Positions 29,320 through 43,239 of a DNA stretch of 64,000 nucleotides are shown in pieces. Positions within the stretch are counted from its first letter, which is position 1. Each line of letters starts with the position of its first letter. The position numbers and the translations under genes were made by a program. Location: assembly GCF_009914755.1 (NCBI RefSeq), contig NC_060927.1. The stretch is one strand, 5' to 3'. The notes under the pieces were generated by a model that worked only from the letters and a program-made list of their open reading frames with translations, did not search any database and was not told the origin of the DNA. The DNA is from the human T2T-CHM13v2.0 reference genome, Homo sapiens.

Positions 29320-29607
29320 AGCTGAACATGGTGGCTCACATCTGTAATCCCAGCACTTTGGGAGTCCAGGGCAAGAAGATAGCTTGAGCTCAGGAGTTCA
29401 AGAACAGCCTGGGTAACATGGTGAAACCCCATCTCTACAAAACATACAAGAAATTAGCTGTGTGTGGTGGCACGTGCTACCCAGGAGGCTGATGTGGGAG
29501 GATCACTTGAGCCCAGGAGGTTGAGGCTGCACTGAACCGAGATCACACCACTGCACTCCAGCCTGGGTGACAGAATGAGACCCTGTCTCAAAAAAGAAAA
29601 GAAAAAC
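29320..29607 (+). mobile_element. AluJ
   Basis: Diverged dimer with gcttgagctcaggagttc, ggaggatcacttgagcccaggagg and gaccctgtctc. Confidence 0.93.
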
Positions 29608-30164
29608 CGACATCTCATATGTGTACATGTGTTTCTATTTTGTATAATCATGAAGAAGGCTACGGAAGGCTTTGTGCTGGGCTGCAAACTGCTTACCTCA
29701 GGGTATGGGAAGAAGAAAAGGAGAGGAAGGCACATGTAGATTTGTCTTTTTTTATTTTAAAATGTCTTGTTTCAATGATTGTGGCAACTCCACAAAACAT
29801 TTTAATCTGGGGGATGGTGCATTCAATAAAATATTTCTTTTAAAGAAAATGAACTATACATTATAGTACAAAAATCTCAGAAACCACTCCACTCACCAAG
29901 ATAGGCCACTGCTGGCAACTTGCTGTGTACAAATTCTCAATACTTCCTATACCTATACTAACAAAAATAAATTTTAAAACAAAATGTATATTTTATATAT
30001 ATATATACAGTTGGCTAAATGTTTTTATGATGATTATTGTTTATACACACACACAGTTTTGTATATACTTGTTCACTCGAAGAGGCTCCAACAACTTAAT
30101 GAGGCTCCAACTATCCACTGGCATGGGATCTGGCTGGACAGAAATGTGGCATAAAGGAAAGCAC

Positions 30165-30330
30165 ACAGAGCCAGATATGGATTTGGATCCTGTCATCCAC
30201 AATGGTCAGCTGTGTGACCTCTGAGAAGGCACTTACCCCGCGTCTCAGTGGTGTCACTTGTAAAATGAGAATGATACTATGTATTATTGCAGTGTTGTGG
30301 GGACAATGAAATGAAATAGCACATTAGGAA
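30165..30330 (+). mobile_element. MIR
   Basis: agctgtgtgacct...ctcagt...tgtaaaatgagaatgata. Confidence 0.65.
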
Positions 30331-30559
30331 ACAGCCCATTCCTCCAATAGACACAGATATAACTCACGGGTTTTAATAAATGCATACTATTTCATCACAT
30401 GGATGTGACCCCAGCTTATTCAGTGATACTTCTATTGATATAGCCTTACATTTTTTGCATTTTTTGGACCAACTCACTGCCTGAGCTCATTGTGTATGTA
30501 CTCAACTGCATACAGGAGCCACTCAATAATGGAAACTATCAATAATCATAATGTGATAA

Positions 30560-30790
30560 TGTCACTGAGGACTTGCTACGTACTAAGAACTCTTCTAACA
30601 GCCCCTAACATCTTAAGATTTATTAATTCATTTAAATCAGCACACCTACCTTATGAGATAGAAACTGTCGTGCTCATTTTTCAGGCAAGAACATGAAGGT
30701 CCAGAAAATTTAAGGAACTAGCCCAAGGCTACGTAGCAAAAATATCAGAGCTGGGATTCAAACCCACACAGCTAGCTTACCCTTATCCAC
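30560..30790 (-). mobile_element. MIR
   Basis: ccttatgagatag...cattttt...aactagcccaaggctac...agagctgggattcaaaccc. Confidence 0.75.
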
Positions 30791-31949
30791 TATACATACT
30801 GCTGCTCAATGCTACGACTGAGGTAGAATTTTATGGAAGTAAATTCTTCCTACATAAGCACTTCTGTGGATCATGTAGTAACAGATTAACTATATGGCGA
30901 AAATAGCCTCAGGCTAGCAGTTGATATTCTCAGCACTGGTTTCCAGACCTTTTCACCTGGGAACATATGCATGAACTCCACTAGATACCCAACACTAGCC
31001 CACTGTGATATTCTGCACCCTCCTCCCATTCTCCCTATGTGTCCATCTGGTCACACTCTGCCAAGGAAACATGGCAGCCATAAGCACCTTCAGTACCCAA
31101 AACAAAATTTAACAACAGGAAGGGAGAAAACTCTGCAAGTAAAATAGGACAGGATGGCCTCTGGTCTGTACTCACCTAAAACCACAGTACCTCACACAAT
31201 CTGTCACTGTAGGAGTCCACCCTCAAAGTGGCCAACTTATGATAGCAAATAGCTCACAAACGTATGATGGAAGGACTGATCCCACCTTAGACTCTGCTCA
31301 CAGGAATGCCATGACCAGCTTATTAAACCTACTAGGCAACCCTAACATCAAGCAAAAATGGCTTATTTCCAATCTCCAGAGACATTCAGCAAGGTGTCTA
31401 CCACCACTTTCAGTATTCCCTAAATTAAATGAAAATGGCATTTTAGTTTCCTTAAATAAGGTCTAAATGATGTCAAGTTCTAACTTTGTCTCCTAGGTGG
31501 TCTGTAACATGAAGCCACCAACAATTAGCTTTGTGCTTTCCCTTCCAATGCCAGGGCAGTTCTCTTCTCTCTCTGACAAGGCCAGGACATTCCCTCTGTC
31601 TAGTGTGGTAAATGAGGGGAGAAAAAAAAAAAAGAGGAAAAAAAAAGCAGGCCATTTATAACTTGCGACTTTTACTTCAATGCTCTTAATGAGCAGAATC
31701 TGGCATCCTTGTTACAGGAGCATCTTTCAAGATTACTACTGAACTTTAGGTGGCACAGGGGTTAAGTTAGGAAGGAAAGGAAAAAAATGATCAATAGAGA
31801 AGAATAACCACTTCCATCCAGGAAACAGGATAATGACAGACAGACCCTTTCACTTTGGAGTTGAACTTGAGTGCTAAAAACAAGTTTTGTCCAACTAAGT
31901 GGCTACATTTCCAGCACAAGTTAAGTGGTTAAGTGGTGCTTCATTTAAT

Positions 31950-31950
<1 letters not shown>

Positions 31951-31983
<33 letters not shown>
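31951..31983. repeat. (GT)n microsatellite
   Basis: Directly visible. Confidence 0.98.
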
Positions 31984-31984
<1 letters not shown>

Positions 31985-34605
31985 ATATGCGTTGTGGATA
32001 AGAAAATAAAAGCTGATTTAGAAAACAGACAAAATATTAATTAAATTTAATAAAACTACCTAGTTTTTTGTTTGTTTTAAAGTCACTTGTAACAGTTATT
32101 TTGATTCCTCTAGTGTTCTGATTTAGATTCTAGTATTACTATGGTATGTCCTTAACAGCATTCCATGGCAGTCTCTCTAAATACAAAAGCTACGTTGCAT
32201 TCTATAGTTAATATGTTCATTCTTGTTAGAATACCAAGCTAAGCAAAATGCTACATTAAATGCACTCAAAATTACCAATATATTTTGACATAAGCAGCTA
32301 AGTATGCAGAGAGCTTATCACTATCTTTTTAACTTTTGTAATTGGGATATCACCCACTAAAAACATCCATTTGAATGACTTCTGCCATCTAACACTCCAA
32401 AAGGACAAAGAAACTGCACTGGTTTTATCTTCTCCTTTACTCCTTTAGAAATCTTTAAAAAAATTTTTTTTCAAAATAAACTATTTTAATGTGAGTCCAG
32501 GCTGCCTCCACTTTGAAGAGATAACATTTCAGCTTTAAATTGGCTGGCATATAAACACATAAGCAGATGCCCCACTAACTCTAAACAATTTTAGTTTCCT
32601 TTCTTGGCTGAGTGTTTAAAGCAAAAACTAAGATAGCTGCCCTTAGTTTTACCATTTTAAAGTTTAGGAATTCAAGTTTTAAAGTTTCTTAGCAAATGAT
32701 ATTAGAAAAACAGATCAGAAATGTCTATTAGGAAGTTTCTATTTGGTCTCTTCGTTTATATTAAGATTTACATTGTGTTCAGCATAACTGTCATTCTATG
32801 AGAATATTCCTCTATTTTCAGCTTGTCACATTTTCTCACTAGTTCAGCACAGAACACAAATGAACATTTTGGCAGATAGCTAACAATAAAAAGGTAAAAT
32901 AAATCTGTTTACTACAATAGGCTTTAAACATCATCTTGTTCATCAAAGCAAGGTTGTGGCCTGGTGGTAGGAAGCCATGAAGACCTTTCTCAAGGCCTTT
33001 GCTTAATGCCCTCATTTGCATCCACCCCTTTGCCGCACCCCCACACCCCCAGAAACCCTCAGAAAGTTCCACTGTGTTTTATTGCTTCACTGAGAATTCA
33101 GTTTAATTAAGCAGCTGTGGCAAAGCAATTATTTCCTGGAAGATGGATGGAAATTCTGTGACAACAACAGTGACTAAACTTCCATCGAAGAAATGGCACA
33201 CTCAAAATAGGTGTCAGCAAAGGCATCTTCCAGAACTTAGTTGCTACTGATTTTATGTTGCCAAAACGGGTTTTGACAGGCAGATAAGATCCAAGTCATT
33301 GAAGGAAGACAGGACAAAGGTGACCAATGTTAAATATTTTCCAAAAATGGTGGCAAAGCTGGCACCTTCATAAGCAAAAAGCACAACTGCTAAAGGAAAC
33401 TTACACTGTCTTGCATGGAACCAGTTAACCAGAAATAACACAATTTCCTAAGTCTTATTGTTAAACAGGACTAAGAAAAAGGTTTACTTGAAATACAAAT
33501 ACTGGAATTCATAAATGCAGATTTTTAAAGTTTAGATTTTACAAAACCCAATGTGGCATACCAAAAATTAAACTCCTAATTTTCTTATGATACCCTTATA
33601 TTTATATTTTTTAAAAAGAGCAAAATCAGGGATTCCTCACGATTTCCCTCTGGCAACCCCATTCATTCCCCTGCTTCTAAAGAAAGGAACTCTTTACTCC
33701 TAAATTCCTCCTGGCACTGGGAGAGATATCTATTTTAACCCGCTGCTATTCCTGTATGGACAGCTGGCAGATTCCACCTGTCTGCAGGAGGTGTTGTCGA
33801 AGTATCAAATGTCCCCAAGGCCTCATGACATACTGTCACCTGCCCTGAATACTTCTAATGTTAGACTGCCTGCAGTTTTACCCTCAGAAGTTGATTGTGT
33901 GACTTGTACATCTATTTCGGAGTCAGGCAACACACATTTACTGATTGAATACTCTGTACCAGGCATGGTGCTAGTACTGAGAATATGCGGTGTGCAGAGC
34001 ACAATCAATGTGTCCCTGCTCTCAAGAGCTTACACTCAAGCAGGGCCTTCCTTGATCTTTTCCTAACAAACTGCAAACCTCACAGGGACACTTCACCGGG
34101 GGGGTCTCAGAGATGCTGGATTCAGAGACCTATTTAGGTGTAACTTACTACCTTCCTACCAGAATCCAGAGTGCAGGCAATCACCACACATGCCACACAA
34201 AGCATCCCCATCAAACATCAAGCTGATACAAATCTCCTCAACTGGAGATGAAATTACCCTGCACACCAAAGCTACACACTTAGAAATGAGTTATGCCTCC
34301 AAAGGCTGGAGCTATGTCCCTTTGTGGTAAGTCTATGATGATGCAAACGACCACCAGTTAATGCCATCCAACTGCTGATGGAGTGCAGGGCCCATGAACT
34401 TTGCCTCAAATAAGAAGTTCATAAGTGGAAAGGTGACAGGAAGAGGAGATTATTTTTACAAATATAGTCTAATATCAAATTTGACTCCATTGTTTTTGCA
34501 ACAGGTTTGATTTAGTTTTGCCATGAGCAGATCCAACAGACCCCAGGGTACAATATCAGAAAGACATCTGCTGTTAACACGAAGGCACAGCCCTATCCTC
34601 CAAAG

Positions 34606-34871
34606 CAGAATGTTTTCAAACTGTGGGCCACTGCCCTTTAGTGAGCCATGAAATCAATGTAGTGAGTGGCAAATGGCATTAGAAGAAAAAGAGTAAAATA
34701 CCAATACCAGACTACACCGTATGCAGTAAGGGTAAATATCTCGCATGAAACTTTTTTTCCATTTTTATACATACATCCCAGGCTCACTTACATTTGTGAG
34801 TGCTGCACTGGGTCACATATAAAATGTATTTCTTACTGTAGGTCAGTACCAAAAAAGTTTGCAGAATACTC
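34606..34871. mobile_element. hAT-Charlie-type MITE (subfamily uncertain)
   Basis: cagaatgttttcaaactgtggg...aaaatgtatttcttactgt...aaaaaagtttg with degenerate TIR-like ends. Confidence 0.65.
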
Positions 34872-35301
34872 TTTCAAAGAACAGTGTAGAATGAGTTGCT
34901 GTTTGAGTCATACTTACATCTATGCTTAGGCCGCACGACGGACAAATGTACATACAGTAAATAGCTACAAATGTATAAAGATAGTATAGTTTTTCAGAAT
35001 TGTATAAAAACAAACAAAAGTTTGTTTATCAAAGAGGGATTCCCCAATTTCTGGTCAGTAACATTAATATTTATCTTCCTGCCTCTGAAGTTTTAGCAGT
35101 GAAAGAATTCTTCCTCTCTATAGTGGATTCTAATCTCCAAGGACTCTTTCTTTCCTCAACCAAGCAAACCAAAGCAGGCACATGAAAAGTTTAGCTCAGA
35201 CTGGTACACGACAGCCCTGGGCATGCTGAAGTCAGGGAGCACTTCACTTTATTTTAGGTGACCCTGGGCTCTGCCATTAAAACGACCTTGAATGACATGA
35301 T

Positions 35302-35365
35302 GTCATTCCACTGTCAATCTCTAACCCAAGTTATCCAAGTCACTCCATTGTCAATCTCTAACCCA
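35302..35365. repeat. 27-bp direct repeat, period 37
   Basis: gtcattccactgtcaatctctaaccca / gtcactccattgtcaatctctaaccca. Confidence 0.9.
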
Positions 35366-35424
35366 TCTGCTTACATCTAGAGCACAGAGTCAATTTGAGG
35401 CAAAAATGTTTGTTAACACTACTT

Positions 35425-35859
35425 GTTTTTAAAAAAAATTTATTTCTTCTAAAAACGAAACCAAACAGGGATACATGTGCAGAACATGCAGGTTGTTTAA
35501 TAGGTATATGTGTGCCATGGTGGTTTGCGGCACCTGTTGACCTGTCCTCTAAGTTCCCTCCCCTCACCCTCCACCCCTCAACAGGCCCTGGTGTGTGCTG
35601 TTCCTCTCTGTGTCCATGTGTTCTCAATATTCAACTCCTACTCATGAGTGAGAACGTGCAGTATTTGGTTTTCTGTTCCTGTGTTAGTTTGCTGAGGATG
35701 ATGGCTTCCAGCTTCATCCACGTCCCTGCAAAGGACATGATCTCATTCCTTTTTATGGCTGCATAGTATTCCATGGTGTTTATGTACCACATTTTCTTTG
35801 TCCAGGCTATCGTTGATGGGCATTTGGGTTGGTTCCACATCTTTACTATTGTAAACAGG
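35425..35859 (-). mobile_element. 5'-truncated L1PA (ORF2 end plus 3'UTR)
   Basis: L1 ORF2 C-terminus (NQPKCPS...MWYINTMEYYAAIK) in ORF 35631..35840. TSD taacactactt / taacaccactt. Confidence 0.93.
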
Positions 35860-36529
35860 TAACACCACTTTTAAAAATAAAGTTTATCCAAATGTAACAT
35901 AAAGAAAGTGAACTCATCCTAAGTGTACATCTTGGTGTATTTACACAGGTGAACATGCTCCTGAACCACTGCCCAGATCGGGAGCAGAATGGGACCAGCA
36001 CCCTCAAAAGCCCTCCTCAGTCCTGTTTCCCACCACTGTCCTGACTTCTACTCCCACTAATTAGTTTTGCTCTTAGACAAAGAGAAAGCAAGGCTCAAAG
36101 ACCAGAGTTTTCAGCTGTCTAGCTTAAATTGACTACCTCTACATGTTCAGTGTTTATTTTTACTCTTATCTTCTATTTACAACACATGACAATGACTTTC
36201 CATTTACAGTCATGACACACAGTTTCTTTTTAAAATAAAGTTAAAAGAATGTTGCTTTAAGAATAATGTTGAGCATTTAGCAAAACAGGTGGCACATATA
36301 TAGCAAAGACTGAGCAGGTGGTGTATGACTGACTCAAGTCTGAGAAACACTTGTTTAGGTTTGATGATCGATGCAAAATGCTAAACAGGCTTCACTGACT
36401 ATCCCTCACTCTGATTTTTCTCCGATGAAGGGGGACTCTTTCCACTGCCCTGTGATATATCAGAAGGACTGACTTCCTCTCTTGAATATTCATAAAACAG
36501 TTTAATGGCCATCCTCCCAGAAGATATGA

Positions 36530-36661
36530 TTTTTTTTTTTTTTTGAGACAGAGTCTCGTTCTGTCCCCCAGGCTGGAGTGCAGTGGTGCAACCTCTGCTC
36601 ACTGCAAGCTCCGCCTCCTGGGTTCACGCCATTCTGCCTCAGCCTCCCAAGTAGCTGGGAC
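36530..36661 (-). mobile_element. AluY right-arm fragment
   Basis: Poly-T then gagacagagtctcg...caagctccgcc...ttcacgccattc, stopping at gtagctgggac. No TSD seen. Confidence 0.9.
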
Positions 36662-37465
36662 ACTTTTGGTTTGTATTTGTCACAAGCAACGTGCTTAATC
36701 AAGACTGGAAGAAGCTGACTCAGAATGAAAGGAAGAACATTGAATTTCTCTCATCTATCTCTACTATTTTAAGTTTTAAAAGATCACCTAGAACTGGGAT
36801 GGATTATTACAAAAGGCCACAAATGGCTCTTATTACTGAATCCTTTAATATTCTGATCATGACAAAAAGCAACGAACACTTGTTATGGGCTTAACTTTCA
36901 AACAAACTAAAGGAGAAAAGAAAAATGTTATTTAAATAGAAATAGCAATTTCCTTCCTTGTCCTTTTCCCTCTGAATCAGTGTAACTCCCTGTATGTTCT
37001 GTTAAATCTGGTAAGTTTAATAGATGAGAATCTCTGAATTTCACTTGTAAGATTTACTAAGTCTATCAAGCAAATCAACCTAAACTTACCTATAAATAGG
37101 CTTCACAAGTAATTAAGTCCCTGCATCAAAATAAAGATTTCCTTGTCACCACTTTACATAATACCATCTGCCCAAAGGATTCTCCTTTCATTTCTTACAA
37201 AGTATAAATGAAGATTATTAAACACAGACTATATACAAAACAGCTTAAAACTTCATCCAATTTGTCTTGGGTCTTCAAGTGACTTACACAAAATGAAGGC
37301 AAAATCTCATGAGTTACTAACGTGAAGCCAACAAAGTGCTTGTGTTCAGGCATAAATGTTCAGATTTATATATATATTCATATAGAGTCATATATATTCA
37401 TATATATTTTACAAGCTCTTTAATGCTAAGCAATCTGAAAAATATTATTTGTCAAAACGCAGATT

Positions 37466-37788
37466 AGCTGGGCTCAGCGGCTCACGCATGTAATCCCAAC
37501 ACTTTGGGAGGCCAAGGCAGGTGGATCACTTGAGGTCAAAAGTTCAAGACCCTCCTGGAAAACATGGCGACACCCCATCTCTACCAAAAATACAAAAATT
37601 AGTTGAGTGTGGTGACGGGCACCTGTAATCCCAGCTACTTGGGGGGGCTGAGGCACAAGAATCGCTTGAACCGGGGAAGCAGAGGTTATGGTGAGCTGAG
37701 ATCGCACCACTGCACTCCAGCCTGGGTGACAAAGCAAGACTCTGTCTCAAAAAAAAAAAAAAAAAAAAGAAAGAGAATGAAAAAAGAA
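37466..37788 (+). mobile_element. AluS
   Basis: Full dimer. TSD aaaacgcagatta at 37454-37466 and 37789-37801. Confidence 0.95.
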
Positions 37789-39109
37789 AAAACGCAGATT
37801 AAAAGACTGTAGCTAATAAAAGTTAAACTGTTTTCTGGAACTTCATTAAAATGCAAATACCAAGGTTTAGGTAACAATTCTCTGAGAAAACAATTCCGTC
37901 TAACTTGGCACTTAGTGTCCTTCCTCTGGTTAGGTCTCTCTCTACTGGTTCACATACCAGAGGGAATTAGTTCTCTAGGTACTAAGATGCTAACTTGGGC
38001 ATTTGAATGGAGAAATAATAAACGTCAACAACTTTGGTACCATCATCTAAAAAGAAAGTAGTTCTTTTTTCTAGTTTTCAAATTTACCTTGTAAAATTAA
38101 GATGTTGTTCTGTTGAGAGTATTAAAAAGTTTCAAGCTTTCAATAAAAATGATGAAATATTTTCTCTTGCTTGATTCTCTTGCTTCTACAAATTCCTGTA
38201 TCACCAGCAATTCTATTCCAAGTCCCCCTCATATGTTAATATTATCTCACTCATGTTTCTTACAAGCACATTGACTTTTTCAGATATTTCAAAGAATGAC
38301 ACAAAGCATCAGAAATCCAATAATAATGCTGCAACACAATCATACTTAATCGATTCTATTTTACGTGAAGTTCTCCCTCTTCATTTAAACTAGAGTTTAG
38401 AACAAGTAATGAAAATATTAGTGATCCTTATGCAATTCCCATGCCCCATCAGATTCTAACACAGAAGCCATTATATGCATTCCTGAATGATCAAACTGAT
38501 ATTTTGTCAAGATAATACTTAGTATCAGTAAGGGTTTCTATATTCATCTTTATGTCTTATTGTATTTTTCAATTTTTCTACAATGGTGTATTACATTCAT
38601 ATCAAGACATAAAAAGTTACCCTAAAAAGAAACTAAACTATTTCAATTTTAAGGGACATTTTTGCTAAAGAAAGATGAACTGTTCCTAATTTTAAGAAAA
38701 TCCCAATATTACTCATGAGTCAATATAAAAACAGAAATCTTAATGTTTTTGGCACTTTAAAAATAGCTGATATTGAACACACAATTGTTTGACTTTATTT
38801 TTGGAACACTTATGTCAGCACATATGCAATGAATTACCATGTTGTTCACACTAAGATGTAAATTAAGAATTATTCCTGATTGATCAATTATTCTGATTTA
38901 TATGGCCTTAGGAAGTGGCAGCTCTTAATGCAGATACAAAGGCTCACTAATATCAAAAAGAAATAAAAAACAAATTAAAATGGTCTACTCACAACTGTAA
39001 TTTCAGGTTTATGAAACTGTGTCATATAGCCATCATCAAAGTGTTGGCTTGCTGGAAACCTCCTCCAGCCCAGCCTCTAAAGACCCACAGGAAACAACAC
39101 AGCATAGCT

Positions 39110-39330
39110 AACCACCTGGTGAGCATTTATTCCGGGGCCAAAATTACAGTATTCAGACACACAAAGAATATTTTCTTTATTATGGCAACTTTATCCACAT
39201 TTTACAGAAGAAAGCAATGCTCAGAGATAAGAAGTTTCCCCAAGATCATGAAGCTCGCAAATGATAGAACTAGAATTCAAAAGTTGATCTGATTCCAGAG
39301 TCCTTGGCTCTTAACCTCTGCATATACTGG
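39110..39330 (-). mobile_element. MIR
   Basis: cattttacagaagaaa...gctcagagataag...cccaagatca...ctgattccagagtcc. Confidence 0.75.
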
Positions 39331-41182
39331 CTGCCCTTCTAATTAACTTGGTGTTATTTTCCTATAAACATAGGTCTCACATGTAAACTCCCTAGAGCCA
39401 GGGAGTTTATCTCTGGGTATCCTGACCTATCTCATATTAGGCAGAACTCAGTGCACACCCAACAAGTGAACATATGTCTACTAATGGTTTCTCTTCCCCT
39501 GTTATCCTCTCTTATCCTAACAACTCACACAACATGAAGATTTTTTAACAAGTCACAACAATTATACAGATCATGCTATATAAATCATCCCCTATCCAAT
39601 GTTTAAAATCAACACCTAACCAGTTTTTGGATGTGCGTTGCATTTATCTGGCTAACGGATCCTCAAATCAATATGTCTGGAAACATATATCCATTTCCTA
39701 GCAACAATCATTCTATGAAAAGAACAAAAAAAACCTGTCTTTTTAAATTAGACTGTCAATTTTGCTCCACCCCAGAGTGTCTCCAAATATTGAAAAATAA
39801 AAAATAAACATATTTAGTTCGTTTTAATGCTGACTTGCATTTTTTCTTTTTTTGAGGGGTGTGGGAGTGCCTAGGAAACCACTCTTAGGCTTTGAGTTCT
39901 CCCGATCCCTGAAAGCTGTCAAATGACCCACTAGGGTTAGCAGGAAAGAAGGAAGCGATGAAAGAAGGAAATAAAGAGAATTAGAAGAGCCTAAAGGGCA
40001 GAGGGGAGTGCCACTCTCAGGAGAAAAGGGGTGAGACCCAGTTTCTATGCAGTTCACGTGGTCATCAAAATAGATTTAAACAGGGTAAGAGCCAGAGGTC
40101 TCCACTGAGCACTGTGGCACTTGGCATGGCAGACTCATTCCATACCAGCTGCTCTCCACCGTGAGGCTCAAAGTAATCATTAATCCTCATTAGAAGAAAG
40201 CAAGCTGCAGCAGCTACCCACCCTGGAGTACTCAGAGTTCCCAGTGAAAGTGGCATAATTGCAAATCAGTGCTTGCAGCTGCCATTCTGCCCTTGCGTCT
40301 TCCTATTTGCAATTACCATTGACAATTTCTGATTGTCAACACTCTTTCCGCCTGTTCATAGCACCCTGGTCTATAGGCACTGTGCTTAGTTTAGCTCCAC
40401 AATGATGTCTGCCTACTGCTTTGAAGCGTTCCCCTAGCGCTCGCTCATGTTACATATACTTCACAGATTAGCATTTAAGTCAGCCCATCCCTAACACACC
40501 TTCCAAATTGAATAAAAATGCATCTGGCTCTTTTTGTGTTACAGCAACAGATGAAAAGACAAAAACTTCCTTAAAAAAAAAAACAGATAAGGTTACTGCT
40601 CTCAAAACCCCCATATTTAAAGATAAGTGTCTAGATATCACATGTAAAGATGACAATATAAAATATATTTGACCTGTATTATTGTCAAGAATTTGTTGTT
40701 TTGTTTTATGGTCCTCAGGAAATTACCTAAGATTTAATTTTTTGACCTAATCTTCACTCAAGAATTTAATGCGGACATTGGTTACTTCTAATTTATTCTT
40801 CATTTTAAAATGCTTTGTGGATTACCTAATTAAATCTTTTTATGAAAGGAAGACTTTGAGGGACAGATTTAAAACTTCTGTGGAGTCAGAACTCCCAAAA
40901 AAGTACATAATGTCAATACAAAGTAAACTCTAACACGGACAGAGGATGGGAGAGACACTCTGCCAAAGAGAAGCACCCAATATCCTGACTGCAGGGTTTC
41001 AGCAGGAGACAGATGCCTCTGCGTTTCCATACCTGGTGCCATATGCTATGAGCTTGTAGAAATGAGAATGTTAAGTGACTTTTAAAAGGAAATACATAAG
41101 CAGGTGTCCACTTTGTGATATTTAAAATCAAAAGACACTTTTAAATTACCAAGTTTTTAATTCTTACTGTTTACCGAAATAA

Positions 41183-41186
<4 letters not shown>

Positions 41187-41226
<40 letters not shown>
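41187..41226. repeat. (AC)20 microsatellite
   Basis: Directly visible. Confidence 0.98.
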
Positions 41227-41228
<2 letters not shown>

Positions 41229-41929
41229 TGGAGAACTCCAACATTACAGAAACGTGGCTTTACTTAAAGTTCCCCATAATCCCATCAAACAAAATAACTA
41301 CAATAACTATAAACTGTTCATTAGCTCAGAGCATTTTTCCCCTGCAAAGACTAATATAAATGCCTTAAAAATAAACAAATTGCATCATACCATGTTTTAT
41401 TTTTTTGTTTCTACTGGTTTTTCTAGTAAAAAGTGAAAAACCTGCTAGCTAAATTCTGCAAGAGTTGTAGCACTCCATACTGTCCACTCTTCACCTGAGT
41501 TTTATATTTATCTGACTAGTATAAAGTGATGTATGTTAGAAAGATATTCACTGAAAGGCTAGTTTTGATAGGAAAATAAGGAAAATAATGACAGTAATAA
41601 ATATAACAAAGCCCATATACCACACAATAAGCTATGCACAGTCATTAGAAAGAAATTAATACATAATATATTGTTTAAGGCAACCATGGACTAAAGGAGG
41701 GCTATTTGTTTTTAATTGGTCACCTTGTTAATTCTGGAAAGTATGTCTCCATGAAATAGGTTAAGATTTTCTCAATAATTCTATAGCAGCTCCACATTCT
41801 TGCTGATATACATAAACAAGAAGAAAACAGATCTCAGAAAAGTTTTTGTTAACTTCTATATTTGGCTTTAAGTTCTCGTATCCTGTACAAAAATTTTAAC
41901 TTGAAATAACAATTCTCCACCTTTGTACT

Positions 41930-42130
41930 TAATTGCAAAAATCCTTTACCTACATTGTTTCCTTGGTCCACCCAGACAGCATGACAGGTAGGAAAGACAA
42001 GCAGTAAATACTCCTCCCATTCTAGAGATGAAGACTCAACATTTAGAATCCCAACACCAGAGTGAATACCTGGGTGGAGACTTAAACCTGGGTCTCCTGA
42101 TTTAAATCTAAATGGTTCTTTCCATTTCAA
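41930..42130 (-). mobile_element. MIR-family fragment
   Basis: ctcccattctagagatgaagact...aaacctgggtctcctga. Confidence 0.6.
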
Positions 42131-43239
42131 CATGTTCCTTCTAATAGTAAGGAGATCAGCTGCATTTCAGAGAAGTCTCACCTAACTGTGTTAGAGTCTT
42201 CTGTTGCTGTAGTAAAGACTATTAAGGTAAAGCAAAAGTGATAAAAGTGGCTAAATCGGGAAATAAGAGAGGGGAAAATATGATATTCACTTTATTTTAC
42301 AAGTGGAGACTAAAAAGATGGAGATGTACTGACTTATTGAGAGTGCAGCTATGCTAGTGAAAAGACAGTCATTACTACCAAATGACAATGCAATAGTTCC
42401 AAAAACATCATTTAAGTGAGTCTATCCAGAGATAGCAAATACACAGCAAAAAGTCACCCTTCTCCTTGTTTATGTGCCCATGACAAACATCAATAAATGA
42501 TCACAATGCTCATCTCCACTCAATCCAGGAATGTCCTCAGAATTTTTTGACACCATAATCCAAGGTGATGTCATTGTCGTTATGTATACTGAAATTGATA
42601 TATAAGAAGAAACTCTAGCTTCCACCTTTGGAAACGGAGAGTTGGAGTCCATTACTAATAACTGATCTCTAAAATCTGCTTACTTTTGCAGCTAACAAAG
42701 AATCTTCTCAACGCAGCTTGAATTATATCAAGTTTCTTTAATCAAAACAGAATATTTGGGTAACCAAGAAAACAGAGATTTCAAATAACATGAATAGGTT
42801 TTACTTCTTAAGTGGATAACTGCTATCAAACTTTTCATACTCCTCTGCTGAATATGGTAAATGGGGATCAGTCCCTGTGAAGGAGAGGAGTATAGCCTCA
42901 TGTGTTTATTTCTAACATTAACCAAAAATGGATTATGCATATCTGTGCGTGTTTAGCAAAATAAGTTTCCTGTGTATAGTTAAGCAAGAAATATCAAGTC
43001 TTTCTTAAAGAAATGAAAGAAAATGAAAAAATATATAATTACAAAATCATTTGGTTTACAGCATATTTTTTCTCCAAAACCAAACCAAAAATTAAAACAC
43101 TTTAAACAATTTTCACCAATAATTTTTTAATTCACTGATAACATCTAAGCAAAGATCACAGATTTAATTCAAAGGAAAAAAGCACGTGGATCAGTATTTT
43201 AAAAAGGATTCCTCTAGGAATTACAAACTGGATTACAAA

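Noticed and set aside
35358-35840. L1-like peptides
   Set aside because: Only the decayed ORF2 end and 3'UTR of a truncated L1; not an active element.
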